A DNA stretch of 64,000 bases from Syntrophorhabdaceae bacterium (GCA_963665295.1 OY762209.1:5120001-5184000); one strand, 5' to 3'. Numbered from the stretch's first letter, positions 20,050-30,912 are shown. Numbers and translations are program-made. Notes: generated by a model not told the origin, from the letters alone.

Positions 20050-20728
20050 TGCTTAACACGCCCTTGTCGAGGTGCCGGACCCTGTGGGCTTTCCTGGCCG
20101 CTCTGGGGTCATGGGTGACCATGACCACGGTCTTGCCGGACTCCACGTTGAGACGGTCCATGAGATCCATGATCTCTTCCGCGGAAAGCCTGTCCAGGTC
20201 CCCTGTCGGCTCATCGGCAACGAGTATGGTGGGATCGGTGACGATTGCCCTCGCGATAGCTACCCGCTGCTGCTGACCGCCCGACAACTGGCCCGGATAA
20301 TGTTCCATCCGGTCGGCAAGGCTGACCACCCGGAGCGCCATTTCCACGTGCTCGCGCCTCTCCTTCTTCTTGAGCCACGTCAGGAGGAGGGGCAGCTCGA
20401 CATTTTCATAGGCGGTGAGCACGGGAATGAGATTGTAGAACTGGAAAATAAATCCCACGTGGGTAGCGCGCCATCGGGCAAGCTCCACTTCCGAAAGGGC
20501 TGTAATATCCACCCCGCCTATCCGGATGGCGCCCCTGTCCACTTTGTCGATGCCCGCGATAAGGTTGAGGAGGGTGCTCTTCCCCGAACCCGAAGGACCC
20601 ATGAGGGCGAGGAACTCCCCTTCCCCGATATCAAAAGTAATGTCGTTGAGGACCGGCACTATCTGGCTCCCCCGCACATACGATTTGTACACGTGTTCTA
20701 TTTCGACGATCGGGCCGTTATCGCTCAT
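20024..20728 (-). CDS. ABC transporter ATP-binding protein (LolD/MacB-like)
   Basis: [36 protein letters not shown]. Confidence 0.95.
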   Translation of the reverse strand: MSDNGPIVEIEHVYKSYVRGSQIVPVLNDITFDIGEGEFLALMGPSGSGKSTLLNLIAGIDKVDRGAIRIGGVDITALSEVELARWRATHVGFIFQFYNLIPVLTAYENVELPLLLTWLKKKERREHVEMALRVVSLADRMEHYPGQLSGGQQQRVAIARAIVTDPTILVADEPTGDLDRLSAEEIMDLMDRLNVESGKTVVMVTHDPRAARKAHRVRHLDKGVLSNADSQDSF

Positions 20729-20861
20729 AGGCCACCATATTGTCGGTTCACGCTCCCCGGCCTGCCTTCCGGCCCATTCGGGCCCCGCGACGATATTCCA
20801 TTAATGGCGACTTTCCCCGGGCCCGTGGACCGCAACCCCTCCCGCCTGTGACCGGTCCGGC

Positions 20862-22085
20862 TCACTGTTCCGGGAACCTTACCCTTGTTCCATTGACAAG
20901 CTTGGGTGTCGGGCCGACCACCACCTTCTCCCCTGCCTTTACTCCACTCGTGATCTCGACCAAGTCGCCCAGTTGACCGGCTGTGGCAACGGGTGTTTCG
21001 GCGACCTTGTTCCCCTTGATCACAAAAACGTACTCCCTGCCCTGGCGGTTGAGGAGCGCCTTTTTGCCGACAGCGATGCGGGGTGACTCGTCCCCCGCCG
21101 TTACCTCTCTTGAGAGGAAGGCTACTTTGGCGCTCATCTCGGGCAATACGCGGTTGTCTTTATCGATGAAGCGAACCTTTACCATGACCGTTGCCTTGCT
21201 TCTGTCTGCGGTGGGTACGATCATATGGACCACGCCGCGAAAGCGCGATTCCGGGATGGCGTCAAGCTGTATCTCACAAGGCTGTCCGACCTTCACCTTG
21301 CTGAGGTTCGACTCCGAAACGTCGGCCTCCACCATAAGGGAGCTCATATCGGCAATAGTCACCGCCGATGCCTTGGCATTCGCCGCCGCGCCCAGGGGCG
21401 TCACAATATCACCCACGTCCGCGTTCTTTGTGAGGACCACCGCATCAAAGGGGGCCCGGATGTACGTGTATTCCAGGGATGCTTCCGCCGAGTTCAAAGC
21501 CGCCATCCCCGCCCTCACCGCTGCCTCCGCCCCTGATAGCCCCGCCACCGCTTTCTTGTAGCGGGCCTCCTGGGCGTCATAGGCCGCTTTTGTGGTAAAT
21601 TCCTGGGCAAGCAACGTCTTTTCCCGTTCGTATGAACGTTTCGCGTCATAAAGTTCCGCTTTCGCCTGTTCGAGGCTCGAACGGGCCACTTCCAGGTTGG
21701 CGGCCGCCTGCCTTTTTGTGGCGGCAATGTCGTCATTTTCGAGTTGCGCGATCACCTGCCCCTTCTTGATCCGGCTCCCCTCTTCGACGGTGAGGGATAC
21801 GAGCCTTCCCGTAATTTTCGACGCCACCGCGGCCTTTCGCTGGGCAACCACGTACCCACTCGCATTGAGGAGAGTGAATGTCTGAGATGGATACACAAGG
21901 GCCACCGTGGCCACCTCCACCTGGGGGGCGGGAGAAAAGACTCCCTGCCAATAGAGGAGGAGAGCGGCGAGGAGAAGGGCGGCCGCCCCTGCCCGGTAGA
22001 GGATCTTCTTTCCCTTGCGACGCGAAGGCGCGCCGGGGGAGGAAGGTTTCTCGATTCTCAGTCTCGAAAGGTCGTCTTCTGCCAT
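20862..22085 (-). CDS. Periplasmic adaptor (MacA/HlyD family)
   Basis: N-terminal TM, ASGYV, lipoyl half-motifs, coiled hairpin, IRAPFD, LPEMSAKV. Confidence 0.9.
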   Translation of the reverse strand: MAEDDLSRLRIEKPSSPGAPSRRKGKKILYRAGAAALLLAALLLYWQGVFSPAPQVEVATVALVYPSQTFTLLNASGYVVAQRKAAVASKITGRLVSLTVEEGSRIKKGQVIAQLENDDIAATKRQAAANLEVARSSLEQAKAELYDAKRSYEREKTLLAQEFTTKAAYDAQEARYKKAVAGLSGAEAAVRAGMAALNSAEASLEYTYIRAPFDAVVLTKNADVGDIVTPLGAAANAKASAVTIADMSSLMVEADVSESNLSKVKVGQPCEIQLDAIPESRFRGVVHMIVPTADRSKATVMVKVRFIDKDNRVLPEMSAKVAFLSREVTAGDESPRIAVGKKALLNRQGREYVFVIKGNKVAETPVATAGQLGDLVEITSGVKAGEKVVVGPTPKLVNGTRVRFPEQ

Positions 22086-22123
22086 GAACTGTCGCGTCTC
22101 CGGAAAGGTGGAATCAGACTCAT

Positions 22124-22152
22124 AGCTTACGGACCCGGTCCGGTTCTGTCAA
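22124..22152 (-). promoter_or_regulatory. sigma70 promoter of exporter operon
   Basis: TTGACA-N17-TAAGCT on minus strand. Confidence 0.65.
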
Positions 22153-22376
22153 TAGATTTATGGAAGGGAGATCATGAGCACGGGCTTGGTGACATCGCCC
22201 CTTTTGGAATCCGCCATAGCCTCGCTGATCCTCCGGAAATCATACCACTTAATGCACCGGCGAAAGGAAACGATCCTGCCTCGTGAAGACGCCGTGGATA
22301 TGGATGCCCCGGGCCGGGACATGCCCGGAACAGCGACTTGCAGGGAATGGGGACAGCCCGGTTGGGTGAAGGCTGC

Positions 22377-23096
22377 CTATCCGGCCGTAAGACCCACGAA
22401 TTCCCTGATTGCTGCTAACGATGCCTCGGGCCGGGCTTGCAGGATGAAATGAGGCCCCTTGATTCTTCTTACCCTCAAATCGGAAATGCCTTCGGTAAAA
22501 TCAAAGAGAGCCGACGCGGGAACGGTCCTGTCGGAGGCGGCCTGAATATAGCAGCAGGGAATATCCAGCTTCGGAAGCCACCCACGGACGTCTACCCCGT
22601 CTATCACCTTAAGCCTGTGGGCAAGCACCTCCGGCGGCACCAGAACTTTGACCTTTTGCCACATGGTAAGGAACAGCCGTGCGGCGTCTTCACCTCCCTC
22701 GACCACGTGCTTCAGCAAAAACCCCGGAAAGGGAAACCTCATCAACAATTCAAGGGGAAGAGAGTTAAGGATTTTCAGCAACACCGGCCTTGGCGACCTG
22801 GCAAAGGTCGCGCAAAGTATGAGGCACTTCGCCTTGAGCCGCCCGGAGCCGATGAGGGCGATTGCAACGGGCCCTGAAAAGGATTCCGCCAGGACTATTG
22901 CGTTCTCCCGGTCGGTCTCGATCCGGTCTCCGGCGTATTGAACCGTTTCCTCGAAACCGAGAAGCCTGTCCGTCGGGTAACGAACTATCTTTACCCTCAC
23001 GTCCCGGGGCAGCGCTTTTCCAAGGGGGTCGAAGGAGATCCCTGTGCCATCGATTCCGGGCAGGAAAATAATGGTGTGACCGCTCAGTGGGTCCAT
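22377..23096 (-). CDS. Alpha/beta hydrolase
   Basis: FLPGIDGTG, nucleophile elbow AESFSG, DRTVP, GPHFILQ. Confidence 0.85.
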   Translation of the reverse strand: MDPLSGHTIIFLPGIDGTGISFDPLGKALPRDVRVKIVRYPTDRLLGFEETVQYAGDRIETDRENAIVLAESFSGPVAIALIGSGRLKAKCLILCATFARSPRPVLLKILNSLPLELLMRFPFPGFLLKHVVEGGEDAARLFLTMWQKVKVLVPPEVLAHRLKVIDGVDVRGWLPKLDIPCCYIQAASDRTVPASALFDFTEGISDLRVRRIKGPHFILQARPEASLAAIREFVGLTAG

Positions 23097-23162
23097 CTCC
23101 GTCTTTTGCCTCACCCCGTGCAGGTCGGCCGGAACCCGCTTTCCGGGCAATCGGTCGATCCG

Positions 23163-23555
23163 TCAGTTGGACGGATTCGCCGGCAGAAGTCCCATCTTTA
23201 CCTTGCACTCAAAGGAAAGCCACGATTCCCTGTCTTTGAGGCATTGAAGTATCTGGTCCCTTCCGCCGCCGGAATTCTTGCAGAGCAGGATGATGTCATC
23301 ATGACAGGCAAGTCCCGCTTGCGTTGTCGCCCCCACGATGCTCGATTTGCACCAGTCTGAAAGCTCATTCTCATACCTCTCCAGGCACTGCCTGATCGCT
23401 CCGCTACCTGCAGGGATGTCGGAACAGAACTGTGTAATCTCGTCCGCACAGGCGCCGGGGGCCTGGGCCGACGCGCCCGTCCAGGCAAGGATACCAAGGG
23501 AGAGCAGGGCCGCCACTGCCAATCCCGTCTGAATCCCTATCCTCATGGATCTCAT
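23163..23555 (-). CDS. Secreted cysteine-rich repeat protein (Cys-rich GLG1/FGFR-like, two repeats)
   Basis: Signal peptide; ACADEITQFC...I.QCL....LS..CK pattern repeated twice. Confidence 0.75.
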   Translation of the reverse strand: MRSMRIGIQTGLAVAALLSLGILAWTGASAQAPGACADEITQFCSDIPAGSGAIRQCLERYENELSDWCKSSIVGATTQAGLACHDDIILLCKNSGGGRDQILQCLKDRESWLSFECKVKMGLLPANPSN

Positions 23556-23839
23556 GATACCTGCCCTCCTTCTTCCTGTCTTTTCACACCTCCCAAAAAG
23601 AGGTTACAGTCCTCACTTGAAAGTGTAATCCCTTGTTTCCATCTTGTAAATCACTATTCGGGGCAACCGGACACCCTCTTGCAGGACGTCACTTTCCGCA
23701 AAGCGGTTATTCACTTCGCGCCCGCTATTCACTACCCCCGGGTCCGGACTGTTCTTGACTTTTGAGGCTCTTTTTGAGAGTATAGAAGGTGGTGAGATGC
23801 CATCCTGTGCCTTGGGCGCAGAAACCTTGGAGGTGAATA

Positions 23840-24247
23840 ATGGGGAGAAAAATATGGTGGCCCCTCCTCTCGGCGGCAGTGCTCGTGTTATTCGGGGCAG
23901 GCGCTTACGCCCAGGACCAGCTTGCGGAACTCCTCACTTCGACACCGTGGTGCTCCTTCAAGTACAATAAGGTCACAGGTTACAGCAGCACCACCCGTTA
24001 CCAGTTCTTCAGGGACGGGAGGTACCTGACAGGGGCCAGGGCCGAAGGGTACTCCAGCGGAGGGGGCGGAAGCCTGACAAGTCAACGCGACCGCACGTCC
24101 GGCGGCACCTGGCAACTCCAGGGCAACGCGCTCTACGTGACGGCGGATGGCGTGGTCCAGGCCCCCGCGAACCTTTCCGTAAAGAACAACAACAACGGCT
24201 CGCCGGTCATCATGGCGGACGGAGTGGAATTCGTCCCCTGTAAATAA
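23840..24247 (+). CDS. Secreted hypothetical protein
   Basis: GGAGG RBS, signal peptide (AYA), two Cys, beta-rich. Confidence 0.7.
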   Translation: MGRKIWWPLLSAAVLVLFGAGAYAQDQLAELLTSTPWCSFKYNKVTGYSSTTRYQFFRDGRYLTGARAEGYSSGGGGSLTSQRDRTSGGTWQLQGNALYVTADGVVQAPANLSVKNNNNGSPVIMADGVEFVPCK

Positions 24248-24279
24248 CCCGGCCTGAGGTCGGCCAAAAAGGAACTGCA

Positions 24280-25089
24280 ATGGAAACACATCGTTACGTC
24301 CATGGTTATTCGGAGCGGGAGCATGAGCGGCTTCACGATCAGGCTGCGACCCTTACCGAACTTCTTCACGGCGACACCTTCTACCCCGATGGAGCGATGG
24401 TGCTTGAGGCGGGCTGCGGTGTAGGAGCACAGACCGTGATCCTCGCGGAAAAGAGCCCGGGCGCTCATTTCCTGTCCATAGATATTTCCCATGAATCCCT
24501 CGGCAAGGCAAAGGCTTTGACCCGGGAGAGAGGGTTCACGAATGTCGGGTTTCAAAGGGCCGACATCTACGACCTCTCTTTCGAGGAAGGGAGCTTTGAC
24601 CATGTCTTCGTCTGCTTTGTCCTGGAACATCTTTCGAAACCCGTCGTTGCGCTCCGGAACCTGAAGAAGGTATTGAAACCCGGCGGAACGATTACCGTCA
24701 TCGAGGGAGACCACGGCTCCACGTACTTCTACCCGGAAAGTGACGAGGCCCGCCGGACCGTGGAGTGCCTTATCCGTATCCAGGCGGACATTGGAGGGGA
24801 TTCTCTCATCGGACGACGAATATACCCTCTCCTCGAAGAGTCGGGATTCGACCGCATCACCGTGTCGCCGAGAATGGTCTACGTGGATGCGAGCAGGCCG
24901 CACCTCGTCGAAGGCTTTACGAAGAACACATTCATTGCCATGGTCGAGGGTGTGAGACAGAAGGCGCTCAGTCTCGGCATGATGGACGAACTCTCATGGG
25001 ACAAGGGCATAAAGGACCTGAAAAGAACGACCCGGAGCGACGGAACCTTCTGTTACACCTTTTTCAAAGGCATGGCCGTGAAAGGCTGA
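24280..25089 (+). CDS. Class I SAM-dependent methyltransferase
   Basis: VLEAGCGVG, SFDHVFVCFVLEHL, VLKPGG. Confidence 0.9.
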   Translation: METHRYVHGYSEREHERLHDQAATLTELLHGDTFYPDGAMVLEAGCGVGAQTVILAEKSPGAHFLSIDISHESLGKAKALTRERGFTNVGFQRADIYDLSFEEGSFDHVFVCFVLEHLSKPVVALRNLKKVLKPGGTITVIEGDHGSTYFYPESDEARRTVECLIRIQADIGGDSLIGRRIYPLLEESGFDRITVSPRMVYVDASRPHLVEGFTKNTFIAMVEGVRQKALSLGMMDELSWDKGIKDLKRTTRSDGTFCYTFFKGMAVKG

Positions 25090-25094
25090 TACTC

Positions 25095-26693
25095 CTATTT
25101 GTAGATGCCGCATCCCATGGTGAACCCGCCCGCACGCACGCAATAGGTGGATTTCTGAAGTACCTCGCCTGTTGCGGGGTTAATCCATTTGTAGTCAACC
25201 CAGCCGCTGCCCTTGGTCTTTCCCGTATTTATGACCTCGCGGATAAAGAATTTTCCGTCCACGTCCTTTAAGTCCGACATGTTCTTTCCCACAAGGTCTC
25301 TGTTCTGCCCATGGGCCTTTGTAATACCGGAATCGTCGTTGACGAAGATATAAAGACTCCCTTTTGTGAACATGCCTTTCGGATTGTTGAACTCTCTGAG
25401 CGCCCTTTCACTGCCGTGAGTCTTCAAATATTCAGCCGCCTTCTTCACAAGCTCCATCGCTTCCTCCGGACTGCCCGAAGATTGAAGACCCTTCCTGTTC
25501 TGCAGTTTGAATTCCGCCATGAGCCTGTTGAGGTTTATGGAGAGGTCCGCCACCTGAGAAGACGCGTTGCCGTTATCCTGTATGTTTTTGGAGGCATAGC
25601 CCATGATTTCGGATATCCTCTGTATGTTGCCCGTTATTTCATTCGTTGTCGTGGTTTGCTGTTCCGATGCGACCGCGATCTGGTTGATCTGGGCAGCAAG
25701 GGTGTTTACCTGGCGAAGGATTTCCTTCAGGGTATTGCCCGATTTCTCCGTTTCCTCCGCGCCTGCCTGGACTTCTCTCACTCCGTCTTCCATGGAAGAG
25801 ACTGCGGTCCTCGTTTCCGACTGCATGGCCTGGATGGTAACGCCGATGTTCTTCGTCGCCCCCGCTGTGCGCTCCGCGAGTTTCCTCACCTCATCCGCCA
25901 CGACCGCGAACCCCCTGCCGTGCTCGCCGGCGCGGGCCGCCTCTATGGCCGCGTTCAAGGCCAGCAGGTTCGTTTGGTCCGCTATTTCATTGATTATCAG
26001 GGCTATCTCGCCCACCTGATCCGACCTCTCTCCAAGGCTCTTTATCTTTTCCGCCGACTCCTTCACGCGCTCGCCGATCCTGCCCATGGCGGCCATGATC
26101 CCCTGAATGACACTCTCCCCTTCAACGGCGGACCTGCTTGCCAGTTCCGAACTCTTGGCTGCCACCGCGCAGTTCCGGGCTATCTCCACAGAGGTGGAGG
26201 CCATTTCCTCGCTCGCGGAAGCCACCGAGGTTACCTCGGATACGATCGCTCCCGCCCCCCGGGTCATCTCCCCCGCAGTCGCGTCAAGGGTATTCGACGC
26301 AAAGGATATCTTGCTGCTGCTCTCGACCACCTGACCCAGGGTATTCGTCAGAGTATCCAGAAACCCGTTAAAGCAGACGCCCAGTTCCCCGAGCCTCCCT
26401 CCGGAGACGGCCTTCATCCGCCTCGCAAGGTTTCCCCCGGATACGTCCTTCACCGCTTCCACCGCTTCGTCGAGGGATGAGGCCACGTTCCTTATCATAT
26501 ACAGGGCCACCCCAAGGGATACCGCGACCATGGCGAGCACCATAACGACGGTAACGGCAATGCCCGCCCACGACGCGTCTTTTGCAAGCCCGAAGAGGGA
26601 AACCAGGGCAAAGACAACCAGAAACCCTGCCGAGACAAAGGACGGTATCAACAGTTTTGCAGTGATTGAAAGACCTGTGGTGTTACGTTCCAT
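25095..26693 (-). CDS. Methyl-accepting chemotaxis protein with C-terminal single Cache domain
   Basis: Two TMs, [43 protein letters not shown]-terminal YIFV...AHG...[11 protein letters not shown]...GWVDYKW.NP...KSTY. Confidence 0.9.
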   Translation of the reverse strand: MERNTTGLSITAKLLIPSFVSAGFLVVFALVSLFGLAKDASWAGIAVTVVMVLAMVAVSLGVALYMIRNVASSLDEAVEAVKDVSGGNLARRMKAVSGGRLGELGVCFNGFLDTLTNTLGQVVESSSKISFASNTLDATAGEMTRGAGAIVSEVTSVASASEEMASTSVEIARNCAVAAKSSELASRSAVEGESVIQGIMAAMGRIGERVKESAEKIKSLGERSDQVGEIALIINEIADQTNLLALNAAIEAARAGEHGRGFAVVADEVRKLAERTAGATKNIGVTIQAMQSETRTAVSSMEDGVREVQAGAEETEKSGNTLKEILRQVNTLAAQINQIAVASEQQTTTTNEITGNIQRISEIMGYASKNIQDNGNASSQVADLSINLNRLMAEFKLQNRKGLQSSGSPEEAMELVKKAAEYLKTHGSERALREFNNPKGMFTKGSLYIFVNDDSGITKAHGQNRDLVGKNMSDLKDVDGKFFIREVINTGKTKGSGWVDYKWINPATGEVLQKSTYCVRAGGFTMGCGIYK

Positions 26694-26745
26694 AATTCCA
26701 CTCCCCCGTGCTGATTACACTTCTGTCGGTATTGGACTGTTATGG

Positions 26746-26772
26746 TTATCGGCGAACAGGTCGATCCCTTAA
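26746..26772 (-). promoter_or_regulatory. sigma28 (FliA) promoter for the MCP
   Basis: TTAAGGGA-N11-GCCGATAA on minus strand; perfect -10. Confidence 0.75.
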
Positions 26773-26860
26773 ATCGGTCAGGCTATCGAGCATGACCCGC
26801 GAGGGAATTTGTGTTTCGGAATTGAAGGGCGACGCGCCACGGGGCGTGGGGCGGAAATGA

Positions 26861-27517
26861 TTATTTGCCTCTGCGGAAGCGCCTTATCTCGTCCCTGTGT
26901 TTCTCCGCGCACTCCGGACAGAGGCCATGACTGAAGACCGCGTCGGTACGCTCGCTGATATAGGCTTCCAACTGGTTCCAGTAGCCCTCATCATCCCGGA
27001 TCTTCTTGCACCATGCGCAGATAGGTATAAACCCTTTCAGCGTTTTGATCTCCGCAAGAGCGGCCTGAAGCTCCAGAATCAGTTTCTCCTGCTGCTTCTC
27101 CTTCTCCCGGAGGGCATCTTCGGCCCGTTTGATCCGCTCCATGGCTTGAACCCTTGCAACAAGTTCCTTGTTGGAGATCGGTTTTACTATATAGCCGTCC
27201 GCCCCCGTACTCAACCCTTTTGCCTGGTATTCGGAGGAGACCTGTATCCCGGAAACCAGGATTATGAAGGTGCCCTGGAGGTTCGGATCAGCCTTTATCA
27301 CTTTGCAGATTTTACCGCCGGGCATATCGGGAAGCATCACATCGAGAAGGATCAGGCCCGGATGGTGGGCCCGCGCCTTTTCAAGACATTCTTTCCCCGT
27401 CGTGGCCTGAAGCACCTCGTATCCCGCTCTTTTCAGCACCAAGGTCGTAACGAGGAGCACATCCGGGTCGTCATCGGTCACGAGTATTTTGATTCCGCCC
27501 GTTATCTCTTTGTCCAT
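26861..27517 (-). CDS. Response regulator with C-terminal CxxC..HxxCxxC Zn-binding tail
   Basis: LVTDDD, LLDVMLPD, KP; IPICAWCKKIRDDEGYW...FSHGLCPEC. Confidence 0.88.
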   Translation of the reverse strand: MDKEITGGIKILVTDDDPDVLLVTTLVLKRAGYEVLQATTGKECLEKARAHHPGLILLDVMLPDMPGGKICKVIKADPNLQGTFIILVSGIQVSSEYQAKGLSTGADGYIVKPISNKELVARVQAMERIKRAEDALREKEKQQEKLILELQAALAEIKTLKGFIPICAWCKKIRDDEGYWNQLEAYISERTDAVFSHGLCPECAEKHRDEIRRFRRGK

Positions 27518-27637
27518 GCCTCTCCCGACAGGCCTCGAAGGACCTGCACCGGGACTTTCCGTCCGGGGAGCACCAACCGTCAAAAGACAGTGGGTGCCCG
27601 GATGTCCGTCCCGAAGTCATCACGATATGTAATATTA

Positions 27638-27666
27638 ACTATAGTCGGGAAACCGCGCGGCGTCAA
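27638..27666 (-). promoter_or_regulatory. sigma70 promoter of response regulator
   Basis: TTGACG-N17-TATAGT on minus strand. Confidence 0.6.
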
Positions 27667-27806
27667 CCGTCAAGACCGGATAATGGGGAAGAACTTTGTG
27701 CCCCGGCCGTCAACCGGTCCCGGAAGCACCTTCAAAATGAGCCTATGGAAACGGCCCGACCCGTCTCAGGTATCCTGCGGCCTGTCGGGCTTCCCTTCGG
27801 GGAGTG

Positions 27807-28049
27807 CTAATTCAAAATGTGGTAATGCGCCTCGATCCGTTGTTTACATACGGGACACATGGGTTCGATCAGGGTAAACTTCTTCCCGAATACATCTACT
27901 TCCCGGAAAAAGACCCCGGGCGCCTCGGAGAGTTCCTTTGCGGTGAATATCTTGCCGCACTCACACTTCGGGTTCTCCTGCCGCACCATCGATCCCTTGA
28001 ATACATCGTCCACATACGTATCGACCAGGTGTTTCTCTTCTCTTGTCAT
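27807..28049 (-). CDS. Small zinc-ribbon protein
   Basis: CECGKIF and CPVC knuckles; promoter directly upstream. Confidence 0.75.
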   Translation of the reverse strand: MTREEKHLVDTYVDDVFKGSMVRQENPKCECGKIFTAKELSEAPGVFFREVDVFGKKFTLIEPMCPVCKQRIEAHYHILN

Positions 28050-28055
28050 GTATTA

Positions 28056-28084
28056 ATTATAATACAGTTTCGGCAATCCTGCAA
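28056..28084 (-). promoter_or_regulatory. sigma70 promoter, leaderless geometry
   Basis: TTGCAG-N17-TATAAT, 6 nt before ATG 28049. Confidence 0.65.
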
Positions 28085-28121
28085 CCCCGTCCGGACGGAA
28101 GCGCGCCGACCCGGGGTCTGC

Positions 28122-28151
28122 AAAAAAGGCAGGGCGTTTCCGTCCTGCCTT
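28122..28151 (-). terminator. Intrinsic terminator after S8 peptidase gene
   Basis: AAGGCAGGACG-GAAA-CGCCCTGCC-TTTTTT on minus strand. Confidence 0.75.
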
Positions 28152-28181
28152 CCGGTATTTCATGGCGGGATGCACCCTGTC

Positions 28182-30572
28182 CTACTTCCCTTTCCCTTTC
28201 ACCGTCACAGTGGCCACCGGCTGTTTCTTCAGGTCCGGATCGTTGGAGGTAATGTCAAGGTAATCGATAACCTGAATCGTGTCGCTTGGGGTAAAGGTTA
28301 CCGGGACGTCGCAGTAGGCGTTCTTCACCAGCGTTCCGCATGCGCTCCAGTCCCCCAATTGAAGGGTCGGGCTCGAATTCCTCATTACTATGTTGCTGAT
28401 GAGGAGGTCCGAGGTCCCCGTGTTCTTTATGCGCACTGTCTTTGTGGGAGGCGTTATTGCCACTATCTTCACGGTGCCGAAATTGAGAGTGGAGGGCGCA
28501 GATATCTTGGGCGGCGCAAACTTGGCGGTAAGCTTCACCGTTTTCGGGGATTTCGGATCGTCCGACTCAATCACGATGAGCCCGGTCCTGGCGCCCCACG
28601 AGTCGGCGCTTGCAGGGGCAGGGATCACCGTTATCGTGCAGGTCTCATTCTTCGCAAGGGTCGTGACGCAACTGGTGTCCGTGATCTCAAATTCCGCGGA
28701 GACAGGGTCCAGGGTCCCGGAACCTATGGTCCCGCCGCTTACGGCTCCGGAGCTTATGATCGCAGAGCTTATGGTCAGGTGCGAGTTACCCGTGTTCTTT
28801 ACCGTCACTATCTTCGAAGCGGGATTCGATATGTTCACGTTTCCGAAGTTGACCGACGAAGGAGAGGCAAAAACCTTGGGCGGAGTATTGAACGTGGCAG
28901 TCACGGTCGTCGCCGAATTCACGGTCATGTGGCACACATTGCCGTCAGGGGAGGTGCAGTTGGTCCATCCGTCGAAGAAGGAGCCGGAATTCGCCGTGGC
29001 CGTTATGTCCACGGAGGTTCCCGCCGTATAGGTGCCTGTGCAGGTCTTCGTCTTCGTGGAGCACACGAGGCCGGTCGCGGAAACGACGCCTTTCTTGTTC
29101 CCTGCGAGCACGACGGTGAGTTGTACATTATTCCCGAGGGCGTTGAAGGCCTCATACACGTTAATCCTTTTCTTGGTGACCGAAGGGCATTTGCCTGCAT
29201 CGGTAACGCTCGTCCCTGTTGACGTAAAGGCGTCGAGGATATCGGTCACCGAGGTGGTGGGGTGGTTCTGCTTCATCAGAGCCCATGCGCCTGCCACGTG
29301 GGGCGTCGCCATGGACGTACCATTCCATTCCGCATAAGTATCTCCGGGGACCGACGATACGATGCTGACCCCAGGTGCGAAAAGGCTCAGGAATGAGGCG
29401 CTGTTGCTGAAGCTCGCCACATTGTCGCCACTGTCGGTGGCTCCTACGCTCACTGCGGTGGAGATACAGGCGGGATAGCTGATGTAGCCACAAAGATGGT
29501 CGTTTCCACTCGCTATGGCCGAGGCGATTCCGGCAGCCCTGAGGAGGTCGATGATCGGTTTTCTGGAGTCCGTGTCACAATTCGTGGCTGACGATCCTCC
29601 CCCAAGGCTCATGTTAAGGGAAGCAATTGTGTAGGTGCCTCTCAGGTCGTAGACCCTCTCCAGACCTTTCATCTGGTCCGAACTGAATGTCTTGGCGCAG
29701 GGCGATGTGGCCCCGGACCCGCACTCACCGACGGGAAAAACTGAAAATACCTGGATGGCGATGATACTCGCCTCAGGAGCCACGCCGGGTCCCGGACTCC
29801 CGCCGCCTACTCCGGCGCGGCCCGCGACAGTGCCTGACACGTGGGTTCCGTGGTCACACTCGCCTTCCGGGCATACACCCGACGTGTAGGGCATGGCCGA
29901 ACCTGCGGCTGTGGATTCGGTCACTCCCCCGGGGCATATTGAGGTGGAACTGTAAGTCGGGTCATTGCTGGAATAACACGCCTCCGAAACCACTGCACCG
30001 CTCAAGTAAGGATGGGTCTTGTCTACTCCCGTATCGAGAACCGCCACGGCAATACCGCTGCCGGTGACGCCGATATTCTGCAGGTCGGAGGCGCCGATCA
30101 GAGATACATCCCAGGGGATGGCTTCGATCGCCTTATCAGGGACGTCCTCCTGGATGTTCAGAACATTCGATGAGGCGATGAGTTTATTGAGGGACGCACT
30201 GTCCAATGTCATGGCGAGATAAGGTACGTACTTGAATTTATAGTGAGAAGCAGGCTTCAGACCGGCGCTTTGAAGCTCCGAGACGACTTTGTCCTGGGCA
30301 GACACAATCGCCGTGCGCTGCGCCTCGAATGCGGTCTTCGAGAGGACCGCTTCCGGAGAGAACGGCGCGTTGGCGCCGACAATCACCTTTACTCCGCCGG
30401 GTCTCTGAGCCTTTGTTGCAAGAGAGCTGTACCCACCCGGACTGGTTACCTTTGCCGGCCCGCCAACCTGTACTCCGGCTGCCTGCGCGGGGCCGATGAC
30501 CATCATCGCCACTGCGACGAACGCCCATGACAGCAACACGGCATGCACGGACTTGAAGACTCGACTGACCAT
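28182..30572 (-). CDS. Secreted S8 (subtilisin-like) serine peptidase with InlB B-repeat-like and two choice-of-anchor D domains
   Basis: AVLDTG, HGTHVSG, ASGN, GTSMATPHVAG catalytic motifs; Ig-like C-terminus. Confidence 0.92.
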   Translation of the reverse strand: MVSRVFKSVHAVLLSWAFVAVAMMVIGPAQAAGVQVGGPAKVTSPGGYSSLATKAQRPGGVKVIVGANAPFSPEAVLSKTAFEAQRTAIVSAQDKVVSELQSAGLKPASHYKFKYVPYLAMTLDSASLNKLIASSNVLNIQEDVPDKAIEAIPWDVSLIGASDLQNIGVTGSGIAVAVLDTGVDKTHPYLSGAVVSEACYSSNDPTYSSTSICPGGVTESTAAGSAMPYTSGVCPEGECDHGTHVSGTVAGRAGVGGGSPGPGVAPEASIIAIQVFSVFPVGECGSGATSPCAKTFSSDQMKGLERVYDLRGTYTIASLNMSLGGGSSATNCDTDSRKPIIDLLRAAGIASAIASGNDHLCGYISYPACISTAVSVGATDSGDNVASFSNSASFLSLFAPGVSIVSSVPGDTYAEWNGTSMATPHVAGAWALMKQNHPTTSVTDILDAFTSTGTSVTDAGKCPSVTKKRINVYEAFNALGNNVQLTVVLAGNKKGVVSATGLVCSTKTKTCTGTYTAGTSVDITATANSGSFFDGWTNCTSPDGNVCHMTVNSATTVTATFNTPPKVFASPSSVNFGNVNISNPASKIVTVKNTGNSHLTISSAIISSGAVSGGTIGSGTLDPVSAEFEITDTSCVTTLAKNETCTITVIPAPASADSWGARTGLIVIESDDPKSPKTVKLTAKFAPPKISAPSTLNFGTVKIVAITPPTKTVRIKNTGTSDLLISNIVMRNSSPTLQLGDWSACGTLVKNAYCDVPVTFTPSDTIQVIDYLDITSNDPDLKKQPVATVTVKGKGK

Positions 30573-30762
30573 AATTCCTCCTTACCCTATCCTTATTCTG
30601 TAACCATTTTCCCGGTTCGCGAGCTTCAAAGGGCGCCTCCGCCAAAGAGATATCCCACCGATCCTCTCTGTCTACAGTATTAAACTACAACATTCCCCCC
30701 TGCTTTTGTCAAGATCACGTCCGGAGTCTATTGCAAGAGTAAGGCAATCCCCGCAGCAGGTA

Positions 30763-30778
30763 TGTGACCGCCGTCACG
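30763..30778. promoter_or_regulatory. CRP/FNR-family-like box in divergent intergenic region
   Basis: TGTGA-CCGCCG-TCACG. Confidence 0.35.
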
Positions 30779-30842
30779 GTTGATTTAAAATAGTAGGAAA
30801 AACCTTACATCACGGCACCCCTTTATGATAGAGACGGGACCC

Positions 30843-30887
30843 TTGACTTCCTTTCTCGATTGTTATAGTTTATTTATAATGAAACTA
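30843..30887 (+). promoter_or_regulatory. Promoter with overlapping palindromic operator (probable ArsR autoregulation)
   Basis: TTGACT-N17-TAGTTT; palindrome TAGTTTATTTATAATGAAACTA at 30866-30887 (18/22 symmetric). Confidence 0.65.
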
Positions 30888-30912
30888 CTTAACTACTAAA
30901 CAGGAGTCTATC

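Noticed and set aside
24280..25089. Methyltransferase as the missing ArsM
   Set aside because: Lacks the ArsM-type cysteine pattern and lies ~17 kb from the cluster in an unrelated context.
27804..29222. Long antisense ORFs (e.g. 27804-29222, 33658-35055, 48505-49848, 58218-59453)
   Set aside because: Shadow frames opposite well-supported genes in GC-rich DNA; no motifs.
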